From an uncultured Pseudomonadota bacterium (GTDB lineage: Bacteria; Desulfobacterota; Binatia; Binatales; Binataceae): a DNA stretch of 64,000 bases. Location: contig CAWGQB010000012.1 of NCBI GenBank assembly GCA_963824565.1, forward strand, positions 4,465 to 68,464. Reading direction: 5' to 3'. The notes below the pieces were generated by a model, which made no database searches, was not told the DNA's origin, and was given only the letters and a program-made list of their open reading frames with translations. Shown here piece after piece: positions 13,755 to 24,335 of this stretch; position 1 is the first letter of the stretch, and every line of letters begins with the position of its first letter. Both the position numbers and the translations under genes were made by a program.

Positions 13755-14843
13755 ATGAAAGCCGCTGTTTACCATGGTCCCAACCAACCGCTCAGCATTG
13801 AGCAAATTGATATCGATGAGCCGCAGGATCGCGAGGTTCTGATGCGTACCGCGGCGTCCGGAGTCTGTCACAGCGACCTCCATTTTGTTGATGGCCTGTG
13901 GCAATGGCCGACACCCGCCGTGCTCGGCCACGAAGCTGCGGGGGTGGTCGAAAAGGTGGGCCCGGCGGTTAGCCAGTTCAAGCCCGGCGACCACGTGATC
14001 TCCTGCCCGTCGGTCTTTTGCGGCTACTGCGAGGAATGCATGTCGGGCCACCCGAGCCGCTGCACCAACCAGGCCGCTACGCGGCGCGAGCCCGGCTCCA
14101 AACCGCGGCTCTCAAAGGGCGGCAAGCCGGTGGAGCAGTTTGCCGACCTGTCGACCTACGCCGAAAAAATGCTGGTGCACGAGAACGCACTGGTTAAGAT
14201 CGCCGACGAGATTCCATTGGACCGCGCCGCGCTGATCGGATGCGGGGTCACGACCGGCATGGGCGCCGTGCTCAACACGGCTAAAATCGAATCCGGCACG
14301 ATAGTCGCCGTGTTCGGATGCGGCGGCGTGGGGCTGTCGGCGATTCAAGGAGCGCGCATTGCCGGAGCCCGGCGGATCATCGCCGTGGACCAGTTCGAAT
14401 CCAAACTGGCGATGGCCAAACGATTTGGCGCCACCGACACCGTGGACGCCTCGCAGACCAACGCGGTCGAGGCCATCCGGACCTTAACCGGCGGCCGCGG
14501 CGTCGACTATTCGTTTGAAGCGGTCGGGGTAAAGAAGCTCGCCGAGCAGTGCTTCGAATGCCTCAAGGTGGGCGGCACAGCGACGATCATCGGGATGATC
14601 CCGATCGGACAGAAGGTCGAGCTCGACGGCGCCAGTTTGCTGACCGAGCGCAAGATTCAGGGTTCCATCATGGGCTCCAACCGTTTCCGTATCGACATGC
14701 CGCGTTATCTCGACTACTACCGCCAGGGCCGCCTCGACCTCGACGGCATGATCAGCCGGCGCGGCAAGCTCGAGGACGTCAACGAAGCGTTCCGCGCGAT
14801 GAAGGCGGGCGAGGTCGCACGCACCGTGCTGATGTTCGAATAG
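13755..14843 (+). CDS. Zn-dependent alcohol dehydrogenase (class III-like MDR)
   Basis: GVCHSD, GHEAAG, structural Zn CGYCEEC...C, GCGGVG. Confidence 0.92.
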   Translation: MKAAVYHGPNQPLSIEQIDIDEPQDREVLMRTAASGVCHSDLHFVDGLWQWPTPAVLGHEAAGVVEKVGPAVSQFKPGDHVISCPSVFCGYCEECMSGHPSRCTNQAATRREPGSKPRLSKGGKPVEQFADLSTYAEKMLVHENALVKIADEIPLDRAALIGCGVTTGMGAVLNTAKIESGTIVAVFGCGGVGLSAIQGARIAGARRIIAVDQFESKLAMAKRFGATDTVDASQTNAVEAIRTLTGGRGVDYSFEAVGVKKLAEQCFECLKVGGTATIIGMIPIGQKVELDGASLLTERKIQGSIMGSNRFRIDMPRYLDYYRQGRLDLDGMISRRGKLEDVNEAFRAMKAGEVARTVLMFE

Positions 14844-14876
14844 CCAGTCGAAACGCAATCACAACGCGTTGTTCTT

Positions 14877-14926
14877 CCCCTCTCCCCTGACCAGACCCCT
14901 GACCAGGGAGAGGGTTGGGAGAGGGT
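14877..14926. repeat. REP-like hairpin, CCCTCTCCC/GGGAGAGGG family
   Basis: CCCCTCTCCCCTGACCAGACCCCTGACCAGGGAGAGGGTTGGGAGAGGGT, 3' of ADH. Confidence 0.75.
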
Positions 14927-15137
14927 GTTTGTCTTCTGCGCCAAGGGTTCTGTGCATCCTGACCGGACTGAAACCCTCGCTTTGCCCTTTCCGTCACACA
15001 TAACAGGAAAGAGTTCAAACAAAAATCCAGTGTCGTTTTTCCCATTGCTCAACGGCCTCGAATGTAAGTTCTTCAACAGTCTGTAGACAAGGAAAAGCAA
15101 CAGAATTATTCGCTTCAACGGGAGAAACCCGGACAAA

Positions 15138-15915
15138 ATGGACCTTCAGTTCATCAAGTATGAAAAACGCGGCCGTCTCGCCTACATCACCATCAACCGT
15201 CCGGAGGTCATGAATGCGCTAAACCCGCAGTGCCATTGGGAGTTGCATCAAATCTGGGATGACTTTGCGGCGGACAACAACTTGTGGATCGCAATCCTGA
15301 GCGGCACCGGTGAGCGCGCTTTTTCCGCGGGGCATGACCTCAAGTACTCGGCGGAGCATCCGGACCCGATTGAACTGCCGCCCGGCGGCTTCGGCGGCTT
15401 TACTGCCCGCTTCGATATAAACAAGCCGATAATTGCCGCGGTCAACGGTCTGGCGCTGGGTGGGGGGTTCGAACTGGCGCTGGCCAGCGACATCGTGGTC
15501 GCCGCCGAGCATGCGCGCTTTGGATTGCCTGAACCGCGCGTCGGACTGATAGCGGGCGCCGGCGGCGTCCATCGTCTGCCGCGCCAGATCCCATTGAAGA
15601 TCGCGATGAGCCTGATGTTGACCGGCAGGCAAATCTCGGCCGCGCGATGCCTGCCGCCTGGGCATAGTCAACGAGGCGGTCCCATCGGCGGATCTGATTC
15701 CGACCGCGGAGCGATGGGCCGCGGAGATCATGGAGTGCGCCCCGCTGTCGATACGCGCCACCAAGGAAGCCGCGCTCAAGGGGCTGGATATGCCGCTGGA
15801 GCAGGCGCTGGCTGAACAGTTCCCTGCGCTGAAGAGGCTGCTCACATCCCAAGATATCAAGGAAGGCCCGCGAGCCTTCGCCGAAAAGCGCAAGCCGCAA
15901 TGGCGCGGCGAATAA
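15138..15915 (+). CDS. Enoyl-CoA hydratase/isomerase, one frameshift near 15650
   Basis: ITINRPEVMNAL, AFSAGHDL, AAVNGLALGGGFEL, GLPEPRVG; C-terminus continues in ORF 15730-15915. Confidence 0.9.
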
Positions 15916-15940
15916 GGCGTCGGCGGTTTTCGTGGCTCTT

Positions 15941-15993
15941 GTGCGCCCTCTCCTTACCTAGGCCTTACCTGGGAGAGGGCGTCGGGAGAGGTT
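15941..15993. repeat. REP-like hairpin, CCCTCTCCC/GGGAGAGGG family
   Basis: GTGCGCCCTCTCCTTACCTAGGCCTTACCTGGGAGAGGGCGTCGGGAGAGGTT, 3' of ECH. Confidence 0.7.
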
Positions 15994-16119
15994 GCGCATC
16001 GCCTCAAAGACCGTTTCGATTAGGCCTGCCAGCGCTTTTGTTCGCTTTAAAATCAGCGCGTGCGATTAATTCATCGGCAAGTGCGGGGGAGAATTTCACG
16101 GCGAATAATCTGATTGTGG

Positions 16120-17175
16120 TTACCTTTTCAAGTTAGAACACTTGTAAAGGACAGCTGCGCACTGGCACGGATTACCACAGGAGGGACAGCTATAACCCTG
16201 CTGCTTACTTTCGTCGCGCCAGAAGTGTTCAACGGTTCCAAACGGGACGAATCCCATATGGGTGAGCACGGCATGGGCATGAATGCCGTCCGGCGCCTTC
16301 CACGCAATACTGAACAATGTTTCAGCACCGCGCTCGTGGAGGCCCTTCATTGCGCTTCTAATCAAAAGAGTGCCGATGCCACGCATTTGGTATTTTGGCT
16401 CAACTCCAACGCTCTGGAGAACTCCAAGCTTGCCACCTGAATCAGCATATTCGAGATCGGCTGGGAACCTGACGGTAAAGCCTTTGAGCAGTGTGGGTAA
16501 TTCTCCGCGCTGGAGCAGTTTCCCCAAGACGAAACCGGCTACGACATTATCCGGGGACAAGGCTACATCGAAAAAGATACCCTCGCGGCCGTTCGAATTG
16601 AGAGCTGTGACTGTCATCGAAACATAATCATTTCCCAATACTCTCGATGCCAGGTCGAGTGCAGCCGCTTCGTGACGAGGCGTGAGTGCTTTTATAACAA
16701 TGTTCTGCATGCGACGAAATTGATAAAGTCCTGCGTTGATTATTTTGTTCTCATTATCATAGCCGGACCAGATTCCGTCCATATCTCTGTCTTGATTGAC
16801 TTTCAAGAAAAAATTACCAACGCCACTGTCATGGGGTGACAAAGCTGTGTAGACGCCATAAAAATGGCCTCCTTTTTGCAATCTGCCCTCCATCCTCCAA
16901 CTTGTTTGGGGAGAAAGCTTCGTCTCCCCCCATATCGCAAAACCACGCTGTTTTAATCTTGCGGGAGCAACATGGAGAACTTTCTTACCGTCTTTAAGAT
17001 CCTCAAAATGAGTGAGATATTCACCAGCTATCGGGTAACGGAGGCTGATGTAGAAATCTCGTATGCGTCCCGAGAGTACGGCCAATATGTAGAAGGTGAT
17101 AGCTCCGACCACTCCGGACAGCCATGCCTCCAGGAAATCTGGTAGTTTCAGGGCATGAAGCAACCAATTGATCAT
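16120..17175 (-). CDS. Membrane-anchored beta-barrel + GNAT acetyltransferase + C-terminal Cys cluster fusion
   Basis: N-terminal TM (AWLSGVVGAITFYILAVLS), beta-rich ~115-aa domain, GNAT motif A VGVEPKYQMRGIGTLL, tail CPSCGNPCQC. Alternative start at 17247. Confidence 0.75.
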   Translation of the reverse strand: MINWLLHALKLPDFLEAWLSGVVGAITFYILAVLSGRIRDFYISLRYPIAGEYLTHFEDLKDGKKVLHVAPARLKQRGFAIWGETKLSPQTSWRMEGRLQKGGHFYGVYTALSPHDSGVGNFFLKVNQDRDMDGIWSGYDNENKIINAGLYQFRRMQNIVIKALTPRHEAAALDLASRVLGNDYVSMTVTALNSNGREGIFFDVALSPDNVVAGFVLGKLLQRGELPTLLKGFTVRFPADLEYADSGGKLGVLQSVGVEPKYQMRGIGTLLIRSAMKGLHERGAETLFSIAWKAPDGIHAHAVLTHMGFVPFGTVEHFWRDESKQQGYSCPSCGNPCQCAAVLYKCSNLKR

Positions 17176-17452
17176 GGCACCGTCTTTAAAGACGAAAGAA
17201 TGGTTAAGAGAATCGTTCAACGGCAAGCTGCGCGAAGAACTGCTCAATCGCGAGCTCTTCTATTCATTGGCCGAGGCCAGGTATCTAATTGAGCCCCTGG
17301 CGACAGCACTTTAATCAAGTGCGAGCGCATAACGCGCTCTGCTACCGCCAGCCAGCACCGGTGGCCAGATTGCCCTTGCAACCCAACTCTCTCTAAGAAG
17401 TTGGACCACTGACCGGGTTCAGGTCACCTCCGTCCCCTACAAAAGAGAATTC

Positions 17453-19450
17453 TCACTCTATGACGAGATCCTCCCCGAAGTACGGCCTCACGACGGGACT
17501 GTCTATCGCCTCCGGATCGCCGGGCCGTCCGTCCGCTCGGCCATCGGCCGGGTTGCGCAGCCAGGTCCAGATCTTCCGTACATCGATTGGGCAGTTACAC
17601 GCCGAGCGCCCGCTCTCGTTCTGGTAGTAGTTATTGGCGCGCGGATCTTTGTAAATCATCATAGCCTCGTACCGATCCACCTCATCGTTGTAGCGCCAAT
17701 AGGCATCGAGCTTGACGTCGATCGAGCGCCTTTTCTGCGTGATCAGACGGCTGAAGCATTGAAGCGCGAATCGCGTCACCATCTCTTCGAAATCGACAAT
17801 CTGAAGGCCGCCGAAGTTGTTGGTGTTCGGCCCGTAGATCATGAAAAAGTTCGGGAACCCTGGCAGCATCGTGCCGAGGTAAGCGCGGGCGCCGTCCTTT
17901 GCCCAAAGCTCCTCGATACGTTGCCCGCTCCGCCCGCGAACCTCCATCGGCCACAGGAAGTCGTTGGCCTTGAATCCGGTGGCATAGACGATAATGTCGA
18001 GCGGATACTCAACGCCGCCTTCCACCTCGATTCCGTTTGGCGTGATCTTCCGAATCGGCTCCGTGACCAGGGTAACATCGTCGCGCAGCAGAGCATCGTA
18101 GATGCAGTAGTTCGCGTCGACGATAATCGGCCGTGCCGAGTATGGCGGCGCAACCGGAGTCATCTTCTCGATGAGATCCGGACGGGCTGCGAGCTTGCTG
18201 TGGAGAAACGCCAGTTGCGATTCTCTGACGTTCTTGTTGCGCTGGCTCCTTGCTTGTTCATCCTTAAACTCAGGATCAGCCCGCATCGTCTTCATGACAA
18301 ATTCTGGCCCCGTAAGATAGCTGACTCGGAATCGAATAAAGTTCGTGATGTAGGGAAAGTTCCGGTCTAGCCAATTCACCTGCGGGGGAAATGCCTCGAG
18401 ATATCCCTTGGTGTCGAAACACCAATTTGGCGTCCGCTGGAACACGTAGGTATGACCGACCAGTTGCGCGAGCTCCGGGATCATCTGGTATCCGGTCGCC
18501 CCGGTTCCAATCACCGCGACCCGCTTGCCCTTCAGCTCCAGGTCGACCGGCCAGCGGGCGGTATGGAACGCCTTGCCCTTGAACGTCTCCATGCCTTCGA
18601 TGTCGGGCAGGTTTGGGCGCGACAGGAATCCGACGCTCGCGATCACCGCGTTTACGCGCCAAACACGCGGCCCGCCGGGGCCTTCAGCCTTGATTTCCCA
18701 CAGTTTCGCGGCCTCGTCCCAAATGACGGACTTGACCTCGGTGTTGAACGTAATGTCCTTACGGACATCGAAGTTGTCGGCCACCCACTTGAAATACTTC
18801 AAGTTTTCACGTTGCGGGCAGAACGCGTTCGGATACTCGAAATTAACCCCATAGGTATGCGTGTAGGTGCGGCTTGGCGAATCAACCCGTGCGCCGGGGT
18901 AACGGTTTTCCCACCATGTGCCGCCGACTTCCTCGTTCTTCTCGATCACAAAGTATGGGATGCCGGCGTGCTTCATTTGAATGGCGGCGTTCAGACCTCC
19001 CATGCCGGCGCCGATCACAGCTACTTTGAAATTCTGCAAGTCTTGCGCGGATGGCGTCTCCGGCCAAACGAGCTTCCGTATCCACGGGTCCAGGGCCAAT
19101 TGCTCCAGCCACAAATCGAACTCGGACGTCGGAATATCGGTTCCTGCCGCAAGGCTGAGGCTGCGATGGAGACGCTCGGGCGGACCGTAAGAGATGTCGC
19201 CGGCGCCCTGGTCGCGATAAGACTTCAAAAATGCGGCCGCCTTGGATTGAATCAGCGCCACGTCCGCCGGGCTCTTGACCACGGTTAACTCGACATTTCG
19301 GATGGTGATCGTTGTGACCGCGGTGGCCGCGATGCTCTCGTCGCCGGTCAGTTGATAGAGCAGACCGCGAAGCACCATGGGGTCGGCATGCCGCACCGCG
19401 TCGTCGATGGTTTCATCTGTTGCTGTAAGCAATTCGGATCGTTCGGTCAT
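17453..19450 (-). CDS. Flavin-containing monooxygenase (BVMO, 4-hydroxyacetophenone monooxygenase-like)
   Basis: GAGMGG, GGTWWENRYPGARVD, FKGKAFHTARW fingerprint, GTGATG, ATGF; long N-terminal extension. Confidence 0.9.
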   Translation of the reverse strand: MTERSELLTATDETIDDAVRHADPMVLRGLLYQLTGDESIAATAVTTITIRNVELTVVKSPADVALIQSKAAAFLKSYRDQGAGDISYGPPERLHRSLSLAAGTDIPTSEFDLWLEQLALDPWIRKLVWPETPSAQDLQNFKVAVIGAGMGGLNAAIQMKHAGIPYFVIEKNEEVGGTWWENRYPGARVDSPSRTYTHTYGVNFEYPNAFCPQRENLKYFKWVADNFDVRKDITFNTEVKSVIWDEAAKLWEIKAEGPGGPRVWRVNAVIASVGFLSRPNLPDIEGMETFKGKAFHTARWPVDLELKGKRVAVIGTGATGYQMIPELAQLVGHTYVFQRTPNWCFDTKGYLEAFPPQVNWLDRNFPYITNFIRFRVSYLTGPEFVMKTMRADPEFKDEQARSQRNKNVRESQLAFLHSKLAARPDLIEKMTPVAPPYSARPIIVDANYCIYDALLRDDVTLVTEPIRKITPNGIEVEGGVEYPLDIIVYATGFKANDFLWPMEVRGRSGQRIEELWAKDGARAYLGTMLPGFPNFFMIYGPNTNNFGGLQIVDFEEMVTRFALQCFSRLITQKRRSIDVKLDAYWRYNDEVDRYEAMMIYKDPRANNYYQNESGRSACNCPIDVRKIWTWLRNPADGRADGRPGDPEAIDSPVVRPYFGEDLVIE

Positions 19451-19837
19451 CTGTGCAGCCTCGCTGTCGATATCAGTCCGCCTATTTCGCCGTGCCCGCG
19501 GGCGTTGCGAAGATTATGATAGGACTCCCGGCAAATGTAGTTATGCCGCAATTTCCATTTTGATCTCCAATTTCATTAGTCCGAAGGACCTCCAGCCGCA
19601 AGCCTTTTAGCCCGGTTTTGGTCCACGATAGCAGGTCGACTCGAAGTGTCCGTTGTAGGCGCTCTGCTCCCTGCCGCCCATAGACCGGCACCTCACCGCT
19701 GTCCATGTCCAGCACTACTCGCCGGGACGAACCGAATAGCCCACCGGTCGGCTGTATATGACTACCGCACGAGGTCGGCCAGCGGCAACTGCGTCTTCTT
19801 TGCGCGTCGGTCAAGTGTGGGAGAGGGTGAATCTTGA

Positions 19838-21904
19838 TTAGTCCTTGCTCGCCTTTTTTAATTGATCCTTGGCGGCGGCGATCACGTGATCCACCGTAAA
19901 GCCGAAGTGCTTGAGCAGTTCCTTGATCGGCGCCGAGGCGCCGAACGAATGCATCCCGATCATCGCTCCGCTTAGGCCAACGTAGCGCGGCCATCCGAAG
20001 ACTCCCGCCTGCTCCACCGATACCCGCGCCGTGACGGCGGGCGGCAGCACGCTGTCGCGATACTCCTGGCTTTGCTTCTCGAACAGCTCAAATGACGGCA
20101 TGCTGATCACGCGGGCACGGATACCTTCCTTGGATAGCCGCTCGTACGCTTCCACGCACATCGAGACCTCGCTGCCAGTCGCCATCAGTAGCACGTCGGG
20201 CTGCCCGCCGGGCGCGTCGGCCAAGACGTACGCTCCATATTTCACGCCGGTCGCCGGCGCGTACTTCGAACGGTCCAAGGTCGGCAACGCCTGCCGGCTT
20301 AAGATCAAGGCTGCGGGCTGATGCTGCAGCGGCATCACCACGCGCCATGCCTCGACGACTTCGTTGGCGTCGGCGGGGCGCAGAGTAATCAGATTGGGCG
20401 TCGAGCGCAGGGTCGCCAGTTGCTCGATCGGCTGATGGGTCGGACCGTCCTCGCCCAGACCGATTGAGTCGTGGGTGAAAATGTAGATAACCGGGATCTC
20501 CATCAGGCACGACAGCCGCAGCGCGGGCTTGAGGTAGTCGCTGAAGATCAGGAAACCCGACCCGAAGGGACGGACCTTGCTGAGTGACATGCCGTTAATG
20601 GCCGCGGCCATCGCATTCTCGCGGATACCGAAGTGGAAGTTGCGGCCCACGCTATCGTCCTCGAAATCACCGGCTCCTTCGAACGTCAGCCGGGTCTTGG
20701 TGGAGGGCGCCAAATCGGCGGCCCCGCCGATCAGCCAGGGCACGCCGCGCGCAACCGCATTGAGCACCTGGGCCGAGGAATCGCGGCTGGCGATCCCCTT
20801 GGGGTCGGTTTTGAAGGTCGGCAGTTCGGCATCCCATCCCGCGGGCAACTCGCGCCGCTGCATGCGATCCATCTCTTCGGCAAGCGCGGGAAAAGCTTTT
20901 TCATATCGGGCGAATTTCGCGAACCAGGCTTTACGCGCCTCGCTGCCACGCTTGGCTATAGAGTCAGCGAAGTGCTGGCGGACGTCGTCGGGAACCAGAA
21001 ACTTGGCGTCCTCCGGCCATCCGTAATTGCGTTTGGCGCCACGTACCTCCTCTTCGCCCAACGGCTCGCCGTGCGCGGCACTGGTGTCGTGCTTGGTCGG
21101 CGCACCATAGGCGATATGACTATCCACGATGATCAACGTGGGCCGGTCTGTGGTCTCGCGCGCGGTTTTGAAAGCCTGCTCGAGAAAATGCAGCGAGTTG
21201 GCGTCGCTGACGCGCAACACGTTCCATCCGTAGCCCAGGAAGCGGGTGCCGACGTCGTCGCTAAACGCAAGTGCCGTGTTGCCTTCGATCGTGATGTGGT
21301 TGTTGTCGTAGATCCAGCACAGGTTGGAGAGCTTCAAATGGCCAGCCAGCGAGGCCCCCTCGTTCGATATCCCCTCCATCATGCATCCGTCGCCGGCGAG
21401 CGCGTAAACGCGGAAGTCGAACATCTCGAACCCCGGGCGATTGAAATGCGTCGCCATCCATTTCGACGCAATCGCCATCCCGACACTGGTGGCCACGCCC
21501 TGACCCAACGGGCCGGTGGTGGTCTCGACGCCGGAGACCATCCGATACTCCGGATGTCCCGGGCATTTGCTACCGAGCTGGCGGAAATGCTTGATGTCGT
21601 CCAAGCTCACGGAGGGCTGCCCCAATACTTCATATTCCGGGTTCACCGCTTTGACCCCGGTCAGATGTAACATCGAGTAGAGCAACATCGAAGCGTGCCC
21701 CGCTGATAGCACGAAGCGGTCGCGGTTGGGCCAGATTGGATCTTCGGGATCGAAGCGCAGGAAACGGTCCCACAGGCAGTAAACCACCGGCGCCATCGCC
21801 ATCGGGGTCCCTGGATGGCCCGAGTTGGCCGCCTGCACCGCATCGATCGAAAGAGTTCGGATCGTATTGATGCACTTCAGCTCGAAAGTTTCCCGCTCGG
21901 TCAT
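19838..21904 (-). CDS. tkt: Transketolase
   Basis: SGHPG, DRFVLSAGH, TGPLGQG, GDGCMMEG...DNN, THDSIGLGEDGPTHQP. Confidence 0.97.
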   Translation of the reverse strand: MTERETFELKCINTIRTLSIDAVQAANSGHPGTPMAMAPVVYCLWDRFLRFDPEDPIWPNRDRFVLSAGHASMLLYSMLHLTGVKAVNPEYEVLGQPSVSLDDIKHFRQLGSKCPGHPEYRMVSGVETTTGPLGQGVATSVGMAIASKWMATHFNRPGFEMFDFRVYALAGDGCMMEGISNEGASLAGHLKLSNLCWIYDNNHITIEGNTALAFSDDVGTRFLGYGWNVLRVSDANSLHFLEQAFKTARETTDRPTLIIVDSHIAYGAPTKHDTSAAHGEPLGEEEVRGAKRNYGWPEDAKFLVPDDVRQHFADSIAKRGSEARKAWFAKFARYEKAFPALAEEMDRMQRRELPAGWDAELPTFKTDPKGIASRDSSAQVLNAVARGVPWLIGGAADLAPSTKTRLTFEGAGDFEDDSVGRNFHFGIRENAMAAAINGMSLSKVRPFGSGFLIFSDYLKPALRLSCLMEIPVIYIFTHDSIGLGEDGPTHQPIEQLATLRSTPNLITLRPADANEVVEAWRVVMPLQHQPAALILSRQALPTLDRSKYAPATGVKYGAYVLADAPGGQPDVLLMATGSEVSMCVEAYERLSKEGIRARVISMPSFELFEKQSQEYRDSVLPPAVTARVSVEQAGVFGWPRYVGLSGAMIGMHSFGASAPIKELLKHFGFTVDHVIAAAKDQLKKASKD

Positions 21905-22164
21905 GACTCCAGTTGCTCCTTGATGGCGTTACCCGGCGGCGATGACCGGGGCGGTCCGCTCCTGGCGCCAACCCAGGGATGAGCGCCACTGCCTACAGGT
22001 TGCGCCATCCGCGGGTGTGCGTCCAGTCGCACAATTATTCCAACTGGAACAGAAGCCTGAATGACGATGCCGAATTCATACACCCACCAGACGAGCAGTC
22101 TACCGTGCTGCTATTGACGTCTTCGGGTATGGGCGGGCATAAGCATCAACTTGACAGTCCGAGC

Positions 22165-22223
22165 CAGTGGGGCGGGCGTCCCTGTCCGCCGCTGAATGGC
22201 GGGCGGGGACGCCCGCCCCACTG
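22165..22223. repeat. GC-rich palindrome (second REP-like family)
   Basis: CAGTGGGGCGGGCGTCCC-TG-TCCGCC-GCTGAAT-GGCGGG-CG-GGGACGCCCGCCCCACTG; 18-bp perfect outer arms. Confidence 0.8.
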
Positions 22224-22276
22224 AACTGTGATACGCCACTGAAACCCGCGGCGAGAGTCTTTTTTCAGCGCAGCCT

Positions 22277-23547
22277 CTAGGCGGCTTTGACCGCGGCCGC
22301 TTTGGGCGTCAGGTGGGACTCGATGAACTCCCCACCCTTCATCACCACGTTGAGCCGGGCGCGATCCTGAAGTATCGCGATGTCGCGGATTGGATCACCG
22401 TCAACCACCAGCAATCGGCAATCTTACCCACTGCGATTGTGCCGAGCTTATCTCCCTCGCCCAGCAATCCAGCGCCATTGCGCGTCGCCCAGCGGATCAC
22501 GTCAAGCGGCGCAGTGCCGGCATACTTGACGTAAAACTCCAGTTCGGCGCCGTAAGTGCCATGCGGCATCCAGGAAGTTCCAAAATCGTCACCGATAACC
22601 AGCTTGACACCCGCCTTGTTGGCGAGCTCGACCGAACGGTAACCCTGTTCAAGCCATCGCTCTTCCTGACTCAACCGTTGCTCCGGCGTACGCCCATGTT
22701 TGCGCATCATCTCCAGCGTCTTGAAGCTGAAGTAGAGGCTCGGAGTAACGTAGGTTCCCTGCTGGACCATCAGCTCCATGGCAGCTTCGTCCATAGCGTC
22801 GGCGTGATCGATCACGTCCATGCGCGCCTCGAGGGAGTCCATGATTGCTTTGCGCGACACCACATGCCCACGCACCAACCGCCCGCGCTCGTGGGCGGCC
22901 TGCGTGGCAGCCTGAATCTCCACCGCGGTCATCGATACCTCAGTCGCCGCCATCTCGAAGCCGTGGCCGCCGGTAACATATAGCTTTATGATGTCGGCTC
23001 CGGCCTTGGCTTCCTGCCGGATTGCCTTGCGAAACTCATCCGGTCCGTCGCAGATATGGGCCAGACCCTCGAGACCGAGTTTCCAATACTCCGGATGCAC
23101 GTCTATCGGACCGCCGGTGGTACCGACATCGTGGCCGCAGGCAATCAGCCGCGGGCCTTGGATCAGTCCGTCGCGGATCGCAGTCTTTAGCGCTACGTCA
23201 ACATTGTGCGGCGAGCCGGCGCCAACCGCGCCCGTAAAGCCCGAGCGCAACAGCAGATCTGCGTTCTTCGCCGCGCCCAACGCGAGGTAGGTCGCCGGAT
23301 ACTTGAGCTCGATATCCTCGATGCTGTTGATGTTGAGATAACCGGCATGAAAGTGGCACTCGACCATCCCCGGCATCAAGGTCTTGCCGCCCAGATTGAA
23401 TACCGTGTCGCGGGCGGTCGGCTGGGGCACGGCGCCGCCGGTGCCCACGGCGATAATGTATCCGTCCTCGACCACCACCGTGCTGTTGGGCTTGGGTGGA
23501 TTGTCACCGTCGATAAGATTGGCGGCAGTAAAGAAAGTACGTGCCAT
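22277..23547 (-). CDS. Metal-dependent amidohydrolase (Xaa-Pro dipeptidase-like), frameshift near 22415
   Basis: MPGMVECHFH, GADIIKLY, VRGH, IDHAD, GDD; true C-terminus LVVDGDPIRDI...VMKGG ends at TAG 22277. Confidence 0.88.
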
Positions 23548-23701
23548 TTGAATTCCTCCTGGGCTAGCCTCACGCCTGCACGCGATCCACTAAAATTTGT
23601 ATCGCTCCCCGTCCGGCAATTGTCAATGCAATTCGCTAGTATATCAGTGAAGCGAAACGGCTTAAAATCGGACCTGAAGTGCGCGCATCCTTGAGCCGGC
23701 T

Positions 23702-24073
23702 TTACTTACTCTCGGTCACTTCGCGAAAGGTCCGAATCGCTTCCACGGCTACTGGGATACCGCCGTATTGCGAGAGGTGGATTATCAATTCCTTGATCTC
23801 CTCGGGCGTGACTCCGACGTTGAGCGCGCCGCGCATGTGGATTTTCAGTTCCGGCGCCCGTCCCAATACCAGCAGCGCCGCCATCGTGATCATCGAGCGG
23901 GTCTTGGTCGGCAGTCCTGGCCGGCTCCAAACCTCGCCGAAGCATTGGTCGTTGACCAGATGCGCGAATCCTTCATCGAACTTCTTGAAATATTCCCAAG
24001 TGCGTTCCACATGCTCCTCGCCCCATAGCTCGGCCCGTTTCTTAAAGCCCCTATCATGAGCGTCGTCTGCCAT
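23702..24073 (-). CDS. Carboxymuconolactone decarboxylase family protein
   Basis: FGEVWSRPGL..KTRSMIT, ELKIHMRGALNVG, YGGIP. Confidence 0.88.
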   Translation of the reverse strand: MADDAHDRGFKKRAELWGEEHVERTWEYFKKFDEGFAHLVNDQCFGEVWSRPGLPTKTRSMITMAALLVLGRAPELKIHMRGALNVGVTPEEIKELIIHLSQYGGIPVAVEAIRTFREVTESK

Positions 24074-24335
24074 TGGTCGCCTCCGTTCGTGTCTTGATAA
24101 ATACAGGATTATCACGAAGCCGGCCTTCGTTTGAGACCCTGAAGCGAATCGCGCCGGCGCTGATGGACTTCCTCGTTGCAATCCTAAGTCGAGTCTGGTG
24201 ATATCAGACCCGGCACTTGGTTTTCAGGAGGGGGGAATTAATGTGCCAGTCTGCTGACATTCTTTTGATGAGAAGTAACCAGCAAGGAGGGCTCGTGTCT
24301 CCAAGTGCGGCCATGAAGGTCGAGGAACGATTTAC

